Notes under the pieces: generated by a model | The model's input: the letters and a program-made list of their open reading frames with translations, nothing else | The model's database searches: none | Told to the model about the DNA's origin: nothing | Assembly: GCA_965231035.1 (NCBI GenBank) | Contig: OZ246409.1 | Coordinates: 631,101 to 663,100 of the forward strand | Reading direction: 5' to 3' | Source of the DNA: an uncultured Muribaculaceae bacterium | GTDB lineage: Bacteria > Pseudomonadota > Alphaproteobacteria > Rs-D84 | DNA length: 32,000 nucleotides | In this document: positions 1-7,914 of the stretch, one piece after another | Layout: each line of letters starts with the position of its first letter | Numbering within the stretch: position 1 is the stretch's first letter | Translations under genes and position numbers: made by a program

Positions 1-360
1 AAAAGGGTATTTAAGTTTAATTGAGTCAATAATATACCCTGTCATTGGATTCTCGAAAACAACCTTGTGGAATTCACCTGCAAAGCGGGCGTCCAAAGTA
101 ACAGATTTTTTCTTTTTCTTTTTTTCCAAAAGATTAATGAACTCTTTTGGGTAATTATTATAATTAACAGTGTTCAATTCGCTGAAACGAGCAGTTATAT
201 GAACTTCCAGGGCATTTTTAGTAAATTCGCCCAAGTTTATAACACCGTCTAATTCTGCCAAATCCAGGGTTATTGTTTTTAATAAATTTAATTCTGATAA
301 ATCTTTGCAATTGTTGCGGGCAATTATTCTAGCCAGATTTTCATTTGATGTACGAAACAT
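1..360 (-). CDS. Hypothetical protein, first 120 codons only (gene runs off the left edge)
   Basis: Absent from the ORF track because it is open to the window edge. The reverse complement of 1..360 has ATG at 360..358 followed by 120 sense codons with no stop: MFRTSNENLARIIARNNCKDLSELNLLKTITLDLAELDGVINLGEFTKNALEVHITARFSELNTVNYNNYPKEFINLLEKKKKKKSVTLDARFAGEFHKVVFENPMTGYIIDSIKLKYPF. An AAGGA Shine-Dalgarno (rc of 366..370) sits 5 nt upstream. No family recognised by eye. Confidence 0.55.
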   Translation of the reverse strand, partial: MFRTSNENLARIIARNNCKDLSELNLLKTITLDLAELDGVINLGEFTKNALEVHITARFSELNTVNYNNYPKEFINLLEKKKKKKSVTLDARFAGEFHKVVFENPMTGYIIDSIKLKYPF

Positions 361-440
361 AACTATCCTTAACTTTTACCAAATTAATCCACACTCCGTG
401 CAGGATTTTATAATGTTTTTGTGGAAAATCAAGCGGATTT

Positions 441-449
441 TGATATAAT
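441..449 (+). promoter_or_regulatory. Candidate extended -10 promoter element (TGaTATAAT) for murG
   Basis: TGATATAAT at 441..449, about 25 nt upstream of the ATG at 475. GGAG at 465..468 lies in between. The 15-mer ATTTTGATATAATTA (437..451) recurs identically at 30083..30097. Confidence 0.4.
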
Positions 450-474
450 TAACCTGTTATAAATGGAGTTTAAA

Positions 475-1521
475 ATGCGTATTTGGATTGCAACAGGTGG
501 AACCGGTGGGCATGTATTCCCAGCACTCAGCGTGGCCGAAGAATTAGTAAAACGTGGACATCGCGTCACAATTTCAACCGATGGTCGTGTAATGGATATG
601 GTTAAAAAAAGCAAACCCAAACATTCTGGTGTTGCCTTTATTTGGGCGTCCGGTGTCGGTGCAAAAAGCAAATTAATGCAGGTAATTGCACTTTCCAAAA
701 TTGCGGTTTCCAGCGTTGCGTTGGTTTTACGATTTATGCTTTTCAGACCAGACCGGGTTGTTGCCTTTGGTGGATATGCATCTGTTCCAGCAGTTTTTGC
801 AGCACATTTGTGGAAAATACCAACATTGTTGCATGAACAAAATGGTGCAATTGGACGCGCGAATAAGTTTACTATGCGCTGGGTCAGAACTTTGATGACC
901 AGCTTTCCAAAGGTCGAAGGTATCGGCAACAATAAATCTTTGCGTGTTATTTATACAGGTTTACCAGTTCGTCGTGAATTTTTGGCCGCAGCAAACAGCC
1001 CTTTGAAAATGGAATCAAAAATTTTGGTAACAGGTGGTTCTTTGGGTGCGCAAATATTAGATGAAGTCGTGCCCCAGGCTTTGGCACAAATTAAAAATAA
1101 AAAAATATTTGTTGTTCATCAAACACGCCCAGAAAACGTAGCACGTCTGCAAAAATTCTATTCTGATCAAAAAATTCGTGCAAATGTTTTGTCTTTTATT
1201 CATAATATGGCCGAAGTTATAATTGGCTCCGATTTGGTTATTGGACGTGGTGGTGCCAGCACAGTTGTTGAATTGGAAACAGTTGGACGTCCTGCAATTA
1301 TCGTACCATTGGGAATAAATCCAGACCAGGCCGCGAATGCTGAAAATTTTGCCAAGACTGGTGGTGCGTTTGCAATCCCCCAGGATAAATTTACCCCAAA
1401 ATGGCTGACTGCAACATTGAATGAACTGTTCGAAAATCCTGCACGTTTAAACAAAATGGCTGAAAAAGCGTATATCCCAAATCATGCCGTAACCATGATT
1501 GCAGATGAAGTTTTGAAATAA
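475..1521 (+). CDS. murG: UDP-N-acetylglucosamine--N-acetylmuramyl-(pentapeptide) pyrophosphoryl-undecaprenol GlcNAc transferase
   Basis: N-terminal glycine loop IATGGTGGHVFPALSVAEEL and C-terminal GRGGASTVVELETVGRPAIIVP are typical of MurG. The ORF track starts at 463, but GGAG (465..468) is 6 nt before the ATG at 475, which gives MRIWIATGGTGGH. Confidence 0.9.
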   Translation: MRIWIATGGTGGHVFPALSVAEELVKRGHRVTISTDGRVMDMVKKSKPKHSGVAFIWASGVGAKSKLMQVIALSKIAVSSVALVLRFMLFRPDRVVAFGGYASVPAVFAAHLWKIPTLLHEQNGAIGRANKFTMRWVRTLMTSFPKVEGIGNNKSLRVIYTGLPVRREFLAAANSPLKMESKILVTGGSLGAQILDEVVPQALAQIKNKKIFVVHQTRPENVARLQKFYSDQKIRANVLSFIHNMAEVIIGSDLVIGRGGASTVVELETVGRPAIIVPLGINPDQAANAENFAKTGGAFAIPQDKFTPKWLTATLNELFENPARLNKMAEKAYIPNHAVTMIADEVLK

Positions 1522-1594
1522 TTTTTGTATTGGCATTTTTCCGCTTGCTCCGTTTTTATCATTTGTTCTATGATAGTTGCAAGAGAAGGAAATA

Positions 1595-2818
1595 ATGCGT
1601 TCAGCGGTCGTATCTATTTTAGCAATTTTTGCCTGTATTCCTGCTTTTGCAGATGTTCGTTTGCCGGTTGTTAATGTTGCGGCGGGTTCTGTTTCTGCAC
1701 GTGCTGCTTTTGGTGAACCTGATGTTGTCCAGGTCAGTCCATTAATGGTTACAACAAAAACTGCCACTGCAAAGGCAACTGCAGTGACTCCAAGACCAGC
1801 CTCGGTGGATTCTGGCGAAAAGATAATTGCGGCACGTTCTGATGTTTTAACCCCTCGTAAGCCAAGTGGCGATTTGTGGGCCAAGTCTGAAACACCTTTA
1901 CGCTTGCCAGAAAAAAATGAATTTGCAGTTGTTCGCAGTGATGTAGAACTGCCAGAAGAAGACATTCAACCAAAAATTGTTGCGCGGTCAGAATCAAATT
2001 CAATTGATAAAAAAGAAATGGATAACCAAATTGCAAAGCTGGTTGAATTGCAACGCAAGGCAGACGAAAGCATCAGCATTGCCGCTGCGCGTCCAACAAA
2101 AATAAGTTCTTATGATATTAAACAGAATATTCCTGTCGCAAAAGATAATGATGATTCTGATGTAACCTTAAGCCGTGTTGTTGTTCCAATGGATGACGAC
2201 AAAGATGTTGTTGTAAGAAAAGTAAAATCCGAAGAACAACCAACATACGCCAGTCTTGATGGTGATTTTTCCAAGATGTCACCAGGGGAATTAAAGAAAG
2301 CTTTTAAAAAGACATATTTGTCAGAAAACAAACATTTATCTACTTATAAAATAGATGATCGTTTTGATGTTGCCAGTGATCTTTCAACTTCTGTCGAGGG
2401 GTTCACAGCAACCAAAGATTTATCAGAATCTGGTGGAATTCGTCCATTGGAAATCAAGATTGGTTTTAAGGATGATGATTCTTCTTTATCCCGCGATAAC
2501 TATAATTTGTTAAGCGAATATGCCAGCATAGTTGTCAGCAATCCAAAACGTGCAATCCAGGTTTCAATACCAGAACGTTCGACACGCAGTCTGGATGATC
2601 GTAAATTGGCCGCACGCAGATTGGCAATTGTTGAACAGGTTCTGCGCGATACAGGTGTTTCTGAACAACGTATAATGCCAGTGCTTAGCCAACGCAGCGA
2701 AGATGGTTTTGTTTTGCGTGTTATATCATCTGATCAATACGAAACATTGACCCAACAGAAACGCGATATGTTCGGCGACAGTGTTGGTAAAAAAACTTAT
2801 AAAAGTATGACCTGGTAA
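1595..2818 (+). CDS. Secreted protein of unknown function with a long low-complexity region and an OmpA-like C-terminal domain
   Basis: The track ORF starts at TTG 1577. The ATG at 1595 is preceded by GAAGGA and gives a signal peptide, MRSAVVSILAIFACIPAFA/DV. The C-terminal ~110 aa (IKIGFKDDDSSLSRDNYNLLSEYASIVVSNPKRAIQVSIPE..LDDRKLAARRLAIVEQVLRDTGVSEQRI) follow the OmpA/MotB-type peptidoglycan-binding pattern. The middle ~280 aa are charged or Ser/Asp-rich with no recognisable domain. Confidence 0.7.
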   Translation: MRSAVVSILAIFACIPAFADVRLPVVNVAAGSVSARAAFGEPDVVQVSPLMVTTKTATAKATAVTPRPASVDSGEKIIAARSDVLTPRKPSGDLWAKSETPLRLPEKNEFAVVRSDVELPEEDIQPKIVARSESNSIDKKEMDNQIAKLVELQRKADESISIAAARPTKISSYDIKQNIPVAKDNDDSDVTLSRVVVPMDDDKDVVVRKVKSEEQPTYASLDGDFSKMSPGELKKAFKKTYLSENKHLSTYKIDDRFDVASDLSTSVEGFTATKDLSESGGIRPLEIKIGFKDDDSSLSRDNYNLLSEYASIVVSNPKRAIQVSIPERSTRSLDDRKLAARRLAIVEQVLRDTGVSEQRIMPVLSQRSEDGFVLRVISSDQYETLTQQKRDMFGDSVGKKTYKSMTW

Positions 2819-2848
2819 TTATCAGTTATAAGTTATTAGTTATAACAG

Positions 2849-3568
2849 ATGAAATTTATTTCCCGATTTTTAGATTTTCTATTTCCACCAGCTTGTCCGA
2901 TTTGTAAAAAACTGGTTTCCGAACATGGGGCCCTGTGTCCAGATTGTTGGTCAAAATTTAATTGGATCAGTAATCCAAAATGTTGCAAATGCGGCTATCC
3001 TTTTCCAGCCGATTTGGATTTGGGTAAAGAACCATTGTGTCCTGTTTGTGCCGCTGGGGAAAATGAACTGGATTGGATTCGGGCGGCTTGTGTTTATGAT
3101 GATGTTTCAAAAAATATAATGTTACCGTTCAAGCATGCAGGCGCATTGCGTTACGAAAAAATAATGTCGCGTGCAATGATTTCAGCTTTGCGGGAATTAA
3201 AAGAAAATGTTGATATTGTTATGCCAGTTCCATTGGCTTATCGCCGTTTATGGAAACGTGGATACAATCAGGCAACTTTGCTGGCAAATCCAATAGCAAA
3301 ATCGTTGGGTGTTAAAATAGATGTGACCAGTGTTCGAAGAAAATATCGTCCAGATATGGGACACAAAAATGCCAAGCAACGTGCTGAAAATATTCATGGT
3401 GTTTTTCATGTTTTAACTCCTGAAAAAATTTGTGGAAAAACAATTTTATTGGTTGATGATGTTATGACAACTGGTGCAACATTCAGCGAACTGTATCGGG
3501 TTTTGAAAAAAGCAGGCGCAAAGGCTGTTTTTGGGATTGTTTTTTGCCGCGTTGTCCGTGCGATTTAA
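2849..3568 (+). CDS. comF: ComF family protein (phosphoribosyltransferase-type competence protein)
   Basis: N-terminal Cys clusters (CPICKK..CPDCW, CCKCG..CPVC) and a C-terminal PRT motif ILLVDDVMTTGATF. The size (239 aa) is typical. Confidence 0.85.
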   Translation: MKFISRFLDFLFPPACPICKKLVSEHGALCPDCWSKFNWISNPKCCKCGYPFPADLDLGKEPLCPVCAAGENELDWIRAACVYDDVSKNIMLPFKHAGALRYEKIMSRAMISALRELKENVDIVMPVPLAYRRLWKRGYNQATLLANPIAKSLGVKIDVTSVRRKYRPDMGHKNAKQRAENIHGVFHVLTPEKICGKTILLVDDVMTTGATFSELYRVLKKAGAKAVFGIVFCRVVRAI

Positions 3569-3644
3569 TATAATCTTCACTACTTGATTTTGTTGTTTTT
3601 CTGATGTAATCTGAGTGTGTCCAATAAATAAAAAAGGATTAAAA

Positions 3645-4178
3645 ATGAAAATAGGATTTCTGGCAAGTGCTTTGGTATTGGTTCCATCAATGTCTTTTGC
3701 GGTTCTGCCAAACCCTGCGTTTTATCAAACTATTGACGATGGCACACATAAACCAAAATCAATTGTCGCATTGTATGAATACAAAGAAGGCGATGAAGAA
3801 AAATTGGGCGGTCGTATAGTTGCTTTGTATGACCAAGAAGGTAATGGAAAAATAACAGAAACATTAAATAAACCTGTTCGTATTGCAGAAAAAGTTAAAG
3901 GTCAGCCGAAAATGGCAGGACTGGATATTTTGTGGGGTATGAAATGGGATTCAGATGATTCACAATACAGTGGTGGTCATATTATGGATCCAAAAAAGGG
4001 TAGTGTTTACCGCAGTGTAATCTGGCAAAATGAAAAAGAAGCCAACAAATTGTATGTTCGTGGCAAAATTGGTCCATTCGGCAGAACACAAACTTGGAAT
4101 ATTATGACAGTCAAAGATTTGCCAGCTGATATACAAAAACTGGATGTTAAAAATTGGAAACCAGTGGTGATGGAATAA
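3645..4178 (+). CDS. DUF2147 domain-containing secreted protein
   Basis: The track starts at GTG 3615. The ATG at 3645 has AAGGA 6 nt upstream and gives the signal peptide MKIGFLASALVLVPSMSFA. GGHIMDPKKGSVYRSVIWQNEKEANKLYVRGKIGPFGRTQTW matches my recollection of the DUF2147 core (G.I.DP..G..Y......L.VRG......Q.W). Confidence 0.7.
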   Translation: MKIGFLASALVLVPSMSFAVLPNPAFYQTIDDGTHKPKSIVALYEYKEGDEEKLGGRIVALYDQEGNGKITETLNKPVRIAEKVKGQPKMAGLDILWGMKWDSDDSQYSGGHIMDPKKGSVYRSVIWQNEKEANKLYVRGKIGPFGRTQTWNIMTVKDLPADIQKLDVKNWKPVVME

Positions 4179-4207
4179 TGACGGTAAAGGCAATTTCCCG
4201 TCAATAA

Positions 4208-4238
4208 GTGTCGTGCCAAAAACACGACACTTTTATTT
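4208..4238 (+). terminator. Rho-independent terminator after the DUF2147 gene
   Basis: GTGTCGTG (4208..4215), loop CCAAAAA, CACGACAC (4223..4230), then TTTTATTT. Confidence 0.8.
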
Positions 4239-4288
4239 GATTTTAAAGTGCAGGTCAGGTATTATTTGTCGAACAAGGAAATCTTATT

Positions 4289-6679
4289 ATGAATATAGAA
4301 TTGGGAAAAAATATAGAAGCACGTGAAATAGAATCCAGAATTCAAAAATTCTGGGATGAAAATTCTTTTTGGGAAAATGATGTTAAATCTTCAAGGCAAC
4401 CATTTTGTGCAATGATGCCACCACCAAATGTTACAGGAAATTTACATCTGGGGCATGCATTGGATAATGTTATTACAGATATAATTTGTCGATATAAAAG
4501 AATGGATGGTTTTGATGTCTTGTGGCAACCTGGTACTGATCACGCATCAATCGCCACCCAATTGTTGGTTGAACGCGATTTATCAAAGCGCGGAATAAAC
4601 CCAAAAAATCTTTCAAAGAAAGAACTGTTAGAAATCGCCTGGAAATGGAAAAATGACAAGGGCGGACAGATTCTTAATCAGTTGCACATACTTGGTGTAA
4701 CACCTGCTTGGTCACGTGAACGTTTTACAATGGACGAAGGCTTATCGAGTGCGGTTACTAAATTGTTTGTTAAAATGTATTCCGAAGGTTTGATTTATAA
4801 AGCGCGTCGCCTGGTTAATTGGTGCCCAAAACAACAAACAACAATTTCAGATTTGGAAATAGAAACCGTTGATGAAAAAGGTAAATTCTATTATTTCAAC
4901 TATCCGTTAAAAGACGGTGGTTTTATAGAAATTGCAACCACACGTCCAGAAACTTTGTTCGGCGATCAGGCAATTGCAATCCATCCAAATAATGAAAAAT
5001 TGAAGCACTTAATTGGTCGCACAGCAGTTATTCCACTTACAAATATTGAAATACCAGTTATTGCAGATGAACATGCAGACCCAGAAAAAGGAACGGGTGC
5101 GGTTAAAATTACGCCTGCACATGACAAAGATGACTGGGAAGTTGGATTAAGACACAATCTGCAACCTTTATCTGTTTTAACACCAGACGCCAAGATGAGT
5201 GAATTTGTTCCAGAGAAATATCGTGGAATGGACAGATTCAAGGCACGTGAAGAAATTATCAAAGATATCGAAGCAGCAGGTTTGTTGGTCCGCATAGATT
5301 CTAAAACAATACCAACACCATATTCTGAACGTGGAAAATGTGTAATTGAATATATGGTTCGTGATGAATGGTTTGTTGATGCAAAGAAATTATCAATTCG
5401 CGCAATAGCAGCAGTTGAAAATGGTGATGTAAAATTTATGCCAGATCACAGATTAAATCTGTTTATGGCATGGATGAAAGATATTCGTGAATGGTCAATT
5501 TCACGCCAATTATGGTGGGGACACCAGATACCTGCATGGTATGATGTGGATGGAAACGTTTATGTTGCAGAATCTGAACTTGAGGCCTTAAAAAAATCTG
5601 GTGGCAAAGAATTAACACGTGATGAATCTTGTTTGGATACTTGGTTTTCATCCGCACTATGGCCTTTCTCAACACTTGGATGGCCAGAACAAACCAATGA
5701 GTTAAAAAAATACTATCCTACTGATTTCCTTTACACTGGTGTTGATATTATTTTCTTTTGGGTTGCCAGAATGATAATGATGGGATTGTATGCAACTGAC
5801 AATGTTCCTTTCCGAATGGTTAATGTTCATGGATTGGTTCGCGATTCAAATGGTCAGAAGATGTCCAAGACCAAGGGAAATGGTATAGACCCATTGGAGG
5901 TTATTGAAAAATTCGGTGTTGATGCGCTGCGCTATTGGGTTGCCATTTCACCGATTGGAACAGATATGCGGTATTCAGATGACGAAGTAAAACGTGGTTC
6001 AAAACTGTTGAATAAACTCTGGAATGCTTCCAAGTACACATTAATTCAATTAACAGATTGGGAACCAGAAGATAAAAAATTTATAAATGTTAAAAACAGA
6101 TTTATCGAAGACAGATGGGTTCTGGCAGAATTAAACAAAACTGTAACAGAAGTTCGCAGATGTTTGGATAAGTACGACAATGTTAATGCACGTGCAGCAA
6201 TTGATACCTTCTTTTACGAAGTTTTATGTGATCAATACCTGGAATTTATCAAAGACAGATTTTGGTCGCCAGAAAGATATAATGACGAATCAAAACAATC
6301 TGCACAATGGACACTGTGGGAAGTTTTACGTGCTGTTCTTGGTTTGTATGCGCCATTTATACCATTTTTGACCGAAGAGCTTTGGCAGAAAATATATAAA
6401 AAATATGAAAATGGTGAAACCTTGCATTTAACACAATATCCGATTGTTCGTGGGGAGTATGAAACAGATGTTTCACAAATGCAGATTGCGCTGGATATTT
6501 TAAAAAATGTTCGCGGATTACGTACTGAACGCAAAATTGGTAATGGGGCAAAATTATCAGAATTGATAATTGATTCATCAATCCCAGAAATTTTACATGG
6601 TGTTATAAAATCCGGTGCACGCGCAGAACAAATAATAGTCAAACCAAATGCAGAATTAGATTTTAAGGTTGTGCAATAA
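4289..6679 (+). CDS. valS: Valine--tRNA ligase, short form without a C-terminal coiled-coil
   Basis: Class I motifs PPPNVTGNLHLGHAL (HIGH) and KMSKTKGN (KMSKS). The editing-domain region TTRPETLFGDQAIAIHP is present. Length is 796 aa. Confidence 0.92.
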   Translation: MNIELGKNIEAREIESRIQKFWDENSFWENDVKSSRQPFCAMMPPPNVTGNLHLGHALDNVITDIICRYKRMDGFDVLWQPGTDHASIATQLLVERDLSKRGINPKNLSKKELLEIAWKWKNDKGGQILNQLHILGVTPAWSRERFTMDEGLSSAVTKLFVKMYSEGLIYKARRLVNWCPKQQTTISDLEIETVDEKGKFYYFNYPLKDGGFIEIATTRPETLFGDQAIAIHPNNEKLKHLIGRTAVIPLTNIEIPVIADEHADPEKGTGAVKITPAHDKDDWEVGLRHNLQPLSVLTPDAKMSEFVPEKYRGMDRFKAREEIIKDIEAAGLLVRIDSKTIPTPYSERGKCVIEYMVRDEWFVDAKKLSIRAIAAVENGDVKFMPDHRLNLFMAWMKDIREWSISRQLWWGHQIPAWYDVDGNVYVAESELEALKKSGGKELTRDESCLDTWFSSALWPFSTLGWPEQTNELKKYYPTDFLYTGVDIIFFWVARMIMMGLYATDNVPFRMVNVHGLVRDSNGQKMSKTKGNGIDPLEVIEKFGVDALRYWVAISPIGTDMRYSDDEVKRGSKLLNKLWNASKYTLIQLTDWEPEDKKFINVKNRFIEDRWVLAELNKTVTEVRRCLDKYDNVNARAAIDTFFYEVLCDQYLEFIKDRFWSPERYNDESKQSAQWTLWEVLRAVLGLYAPFIPFLTEELWQKIYKKYENGETLHLTQYPIVRGEYETDVSQMQIALDILKNVRGLRTERKIGNGAKLSELIIDSSIPEILHGVIKSGARAEQIIVKPNAELDFKVVQ

Positions 6680-6681
6680 AA

Positions 6682-7401
6682 ATGAAAAAGTTTGTAGAAA
6701 AGAAAACTTTATTCACTTATCAAACGGATCGGTTTGGAAATATCCGTCCAATGATTCTGATGAATGAATTACAGGCAATGGCTGATAACCATGCCGAATC
6801 TTTGGGAGTTGGGCGTTCTTATTGTATTAAACATGGATTGGCATGGGTTGTTACACATTATCTGGTTGATATATTGGAATTACCACACGAGGGTGAAGAA
6901 CTGACTTTTATAACTTGGCCGTCAAAACATGATGCGTTAAAAGCAGTTCGTGATTTTGAAATCAGGGGTGCTGATAATCGAATTTTGGTTTGTGCAACTT
7001 CGCAATGGATAATGATTGATATTGAAAAAAGACGCCCGATGAAGTTGTCAGAAGCATTACAAAATTGGAATGTTATTCCTGAACGTGCATTAAATCGCGA
7101 ATTTGTAAAATTTCCTGATTTTGAACCAGACCAGGTTCATACTTTTAAATGCAGATATGATGATATTGATGTTAATCAACATATAAATAATGCGGTATAT
7201 GCGGTTTGGGCAACAGAAAGCGTTGGTTTTGAATTCCGAAACAATCACAAACTGTGCGGTATGGAATTAAATTTCAAGAAAGAAGTTAATCCAAATATTC
7301 CAGAAATTCTGGCCCAGGTTAAAATAGAAGGAAAAATCAGCCACCACAAAATAATCTCGGATGGCGTTGAAAACGCGAACATAGTTTGTTATTGGAAATA
7401 A
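6682..7401 (+). CDS. Acyl-ACP thioesterase family protein
   Basis: 239 aa in a double-hotdog layout. The N-terminal half (YQTDRFGNIRPMILMNELQAMADNHAESLGVG..GLAWVVTHY) and second half (RYDDIDVNQHINNAVY) match the FatA/FatB-type acyl-ACP thioesterase pattern. The start lies 2 nt after the valS stop. Confidence 0.75.
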   Translation: MKKFVEKKTLFTYQTDRFGNIRPMILMNELQAMADNHAESLGVGRSYCIKHGLAWVVTHYLVDILELPHEGEELTFITWPSKHDALKAVRDFEIRGADNRILVCATSQWIMIDIEKRRPMKLSEALQNWNVIPERALNREFVKFPDFEPDQVHTFKCRYDDIDVNQHINNAVYAVWATESVGFEFRNNHKLCGMELNFKKEVNPNIPEILAQVKIEGKISHHKIISDGVENANIVCYWK

Positions 7402-7426
7402 AAAAACCGGCAATCGCCGGATTTTT
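7401..7426. terminator. Bidirectional intrinsic terminator between the thioesterase gene and rpmH
   Basis: AAAAAA-CCGGC-AATC-GCCGG-ATTTTT. The 5-bp GC stem (7407..7411 / 7416..7420) is flanked by an A-run and a T-run, so it reads as hairpin plus U-tract on both strands. Confidence 0.6.
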
Positions 7427-7577
7427 AATTCTTTGCAGAAACCGCCAGTCTTTTGCGACCGGTGGCACGGCGACGGTTCAAAACCTCGCGTCCGCTTTTT
7501 GTTTCCATTTTTTCACGAAAACCATGTGTTTTAACACGACGTGTTTTAGATGGTTGATAAGTTCTCTTTGTTGCCAT
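7425..7577 (-). CDS. rpmH: 50S ribosomal protein L34
   Basis: Not in the ORF track (50 codons). The reverse strand reads [50 protein letters not shown], the canonical L34 pattern (KRT.QPS...R...HGFR.RM.T..GR.VL..RR..GRK.L). AAGGA lies 7 nt upstream of the ATG at 7577. Confidence 0.93.
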   Translation of the reverse strand: MATKRTYQPSKTRRVKTHGFREKMETKSGREVLNRRRATGRKRLAVSAKN

Positions 7578-7665
7578 AACTTTGTCCTTCGATTTATATC
7601 TTGCTGGTGCATTTAACCACAGGTTAAATCAAAACGCAATCTTTTTTTAATTTTATTTGGCTTTT

Positions 7666-7694
7666 ATTATACCAACTGTCTTCAAACCTTCCAA
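7666..7694 (-). promoter_or_regulatory. Candidate sigma70 promoter for rpmH (TTGGAA-17-TGgTATAAT)
   Basis: On the minus strand, -35 TTGGAA is the rc of 7689..7694, followed by a 17-nt spacer ending in TGG, then a perfect -10 TATAAT (rc of 7666..7671). This predicts a leader of roughly 80 nt. Confidence 0.4.
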
Positions 7695-7914
7695 TGTTAA
7701 AAAATAAACAAACAATGCTGCAAATAATTTCCAAACAGCTAAAAACATTTTATATCCTTTTTACCTTAGAAACAGTACTAAAAAATTATAATTTGTCAAC
7801 TGAAAATTTTGTTAAAAATAATATGGTTTTTTGGATTTTTTACTTGCTGAAATAGCTAAAATTTTGCTATCTTTATAGGGCAATAAAAGTATTGAAAAAC
7901 AAGGAAAAATTGGA

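Noticed and set aside
106-127. Interrupted T-run (T6-C-T5-C-T7), encoding the K6 run on the minus strand, considered as a phase-variation tract
   Set aside because: The longest uninterrupted homopolymer is 7 nt, which is short for slipped-strand switching. It is better explained as a lysine-rich linker.
385-393. DnaA-box-like 9-mer TAATCCACA (8 of 9 to TTATCCACA) upstream of murG, with weaker matches near 11863 and 25430; considered as a possible replication origin
   Set aside because: These are single isolated matches. There is no cluster of boxes, AT-rich unwinding repeats or origin-linked genes (dnaA, dnaN, hemE) nearby. This is expected by chance in 32 kb.
429-932. 167-aa minus-strand ORF, plus the smaller + strand ORFs at 642..836 and 686..895, inside murG
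   Set aside because: Entirely antisense to, or out of frame within, a well-supported murG. No SD, and the composition reflects the complementary codon bias. This is a shadow ORF.
1447-1965. 172-aa minus-strand ORF spanning the murG end and the start of the OmpA-like gene
   Set aside because: The Ser/Thr/Ala-rich product is typical of antisense translation. It crosses an intergenic region containing the SD of the + strand gene, and no RBS or motif supports it.
7653-7748. 31-codon minus-strand ORF (MFLAVWKLFAALFVYFLTLEGLKTVGIIKAK) with an AAAGGA SD upstream of rpmH
   Set aside because: It could be a small membrane peptide, but its 3' third coincides with the best rpmH promoter candidate (TTGGAA-17-TGgTATAAT). 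Hydrophobic short ORFs also arise easily in T-rich DNA. There is not enough evidence to call a gene, though Ribo-seq would be worthwhile.
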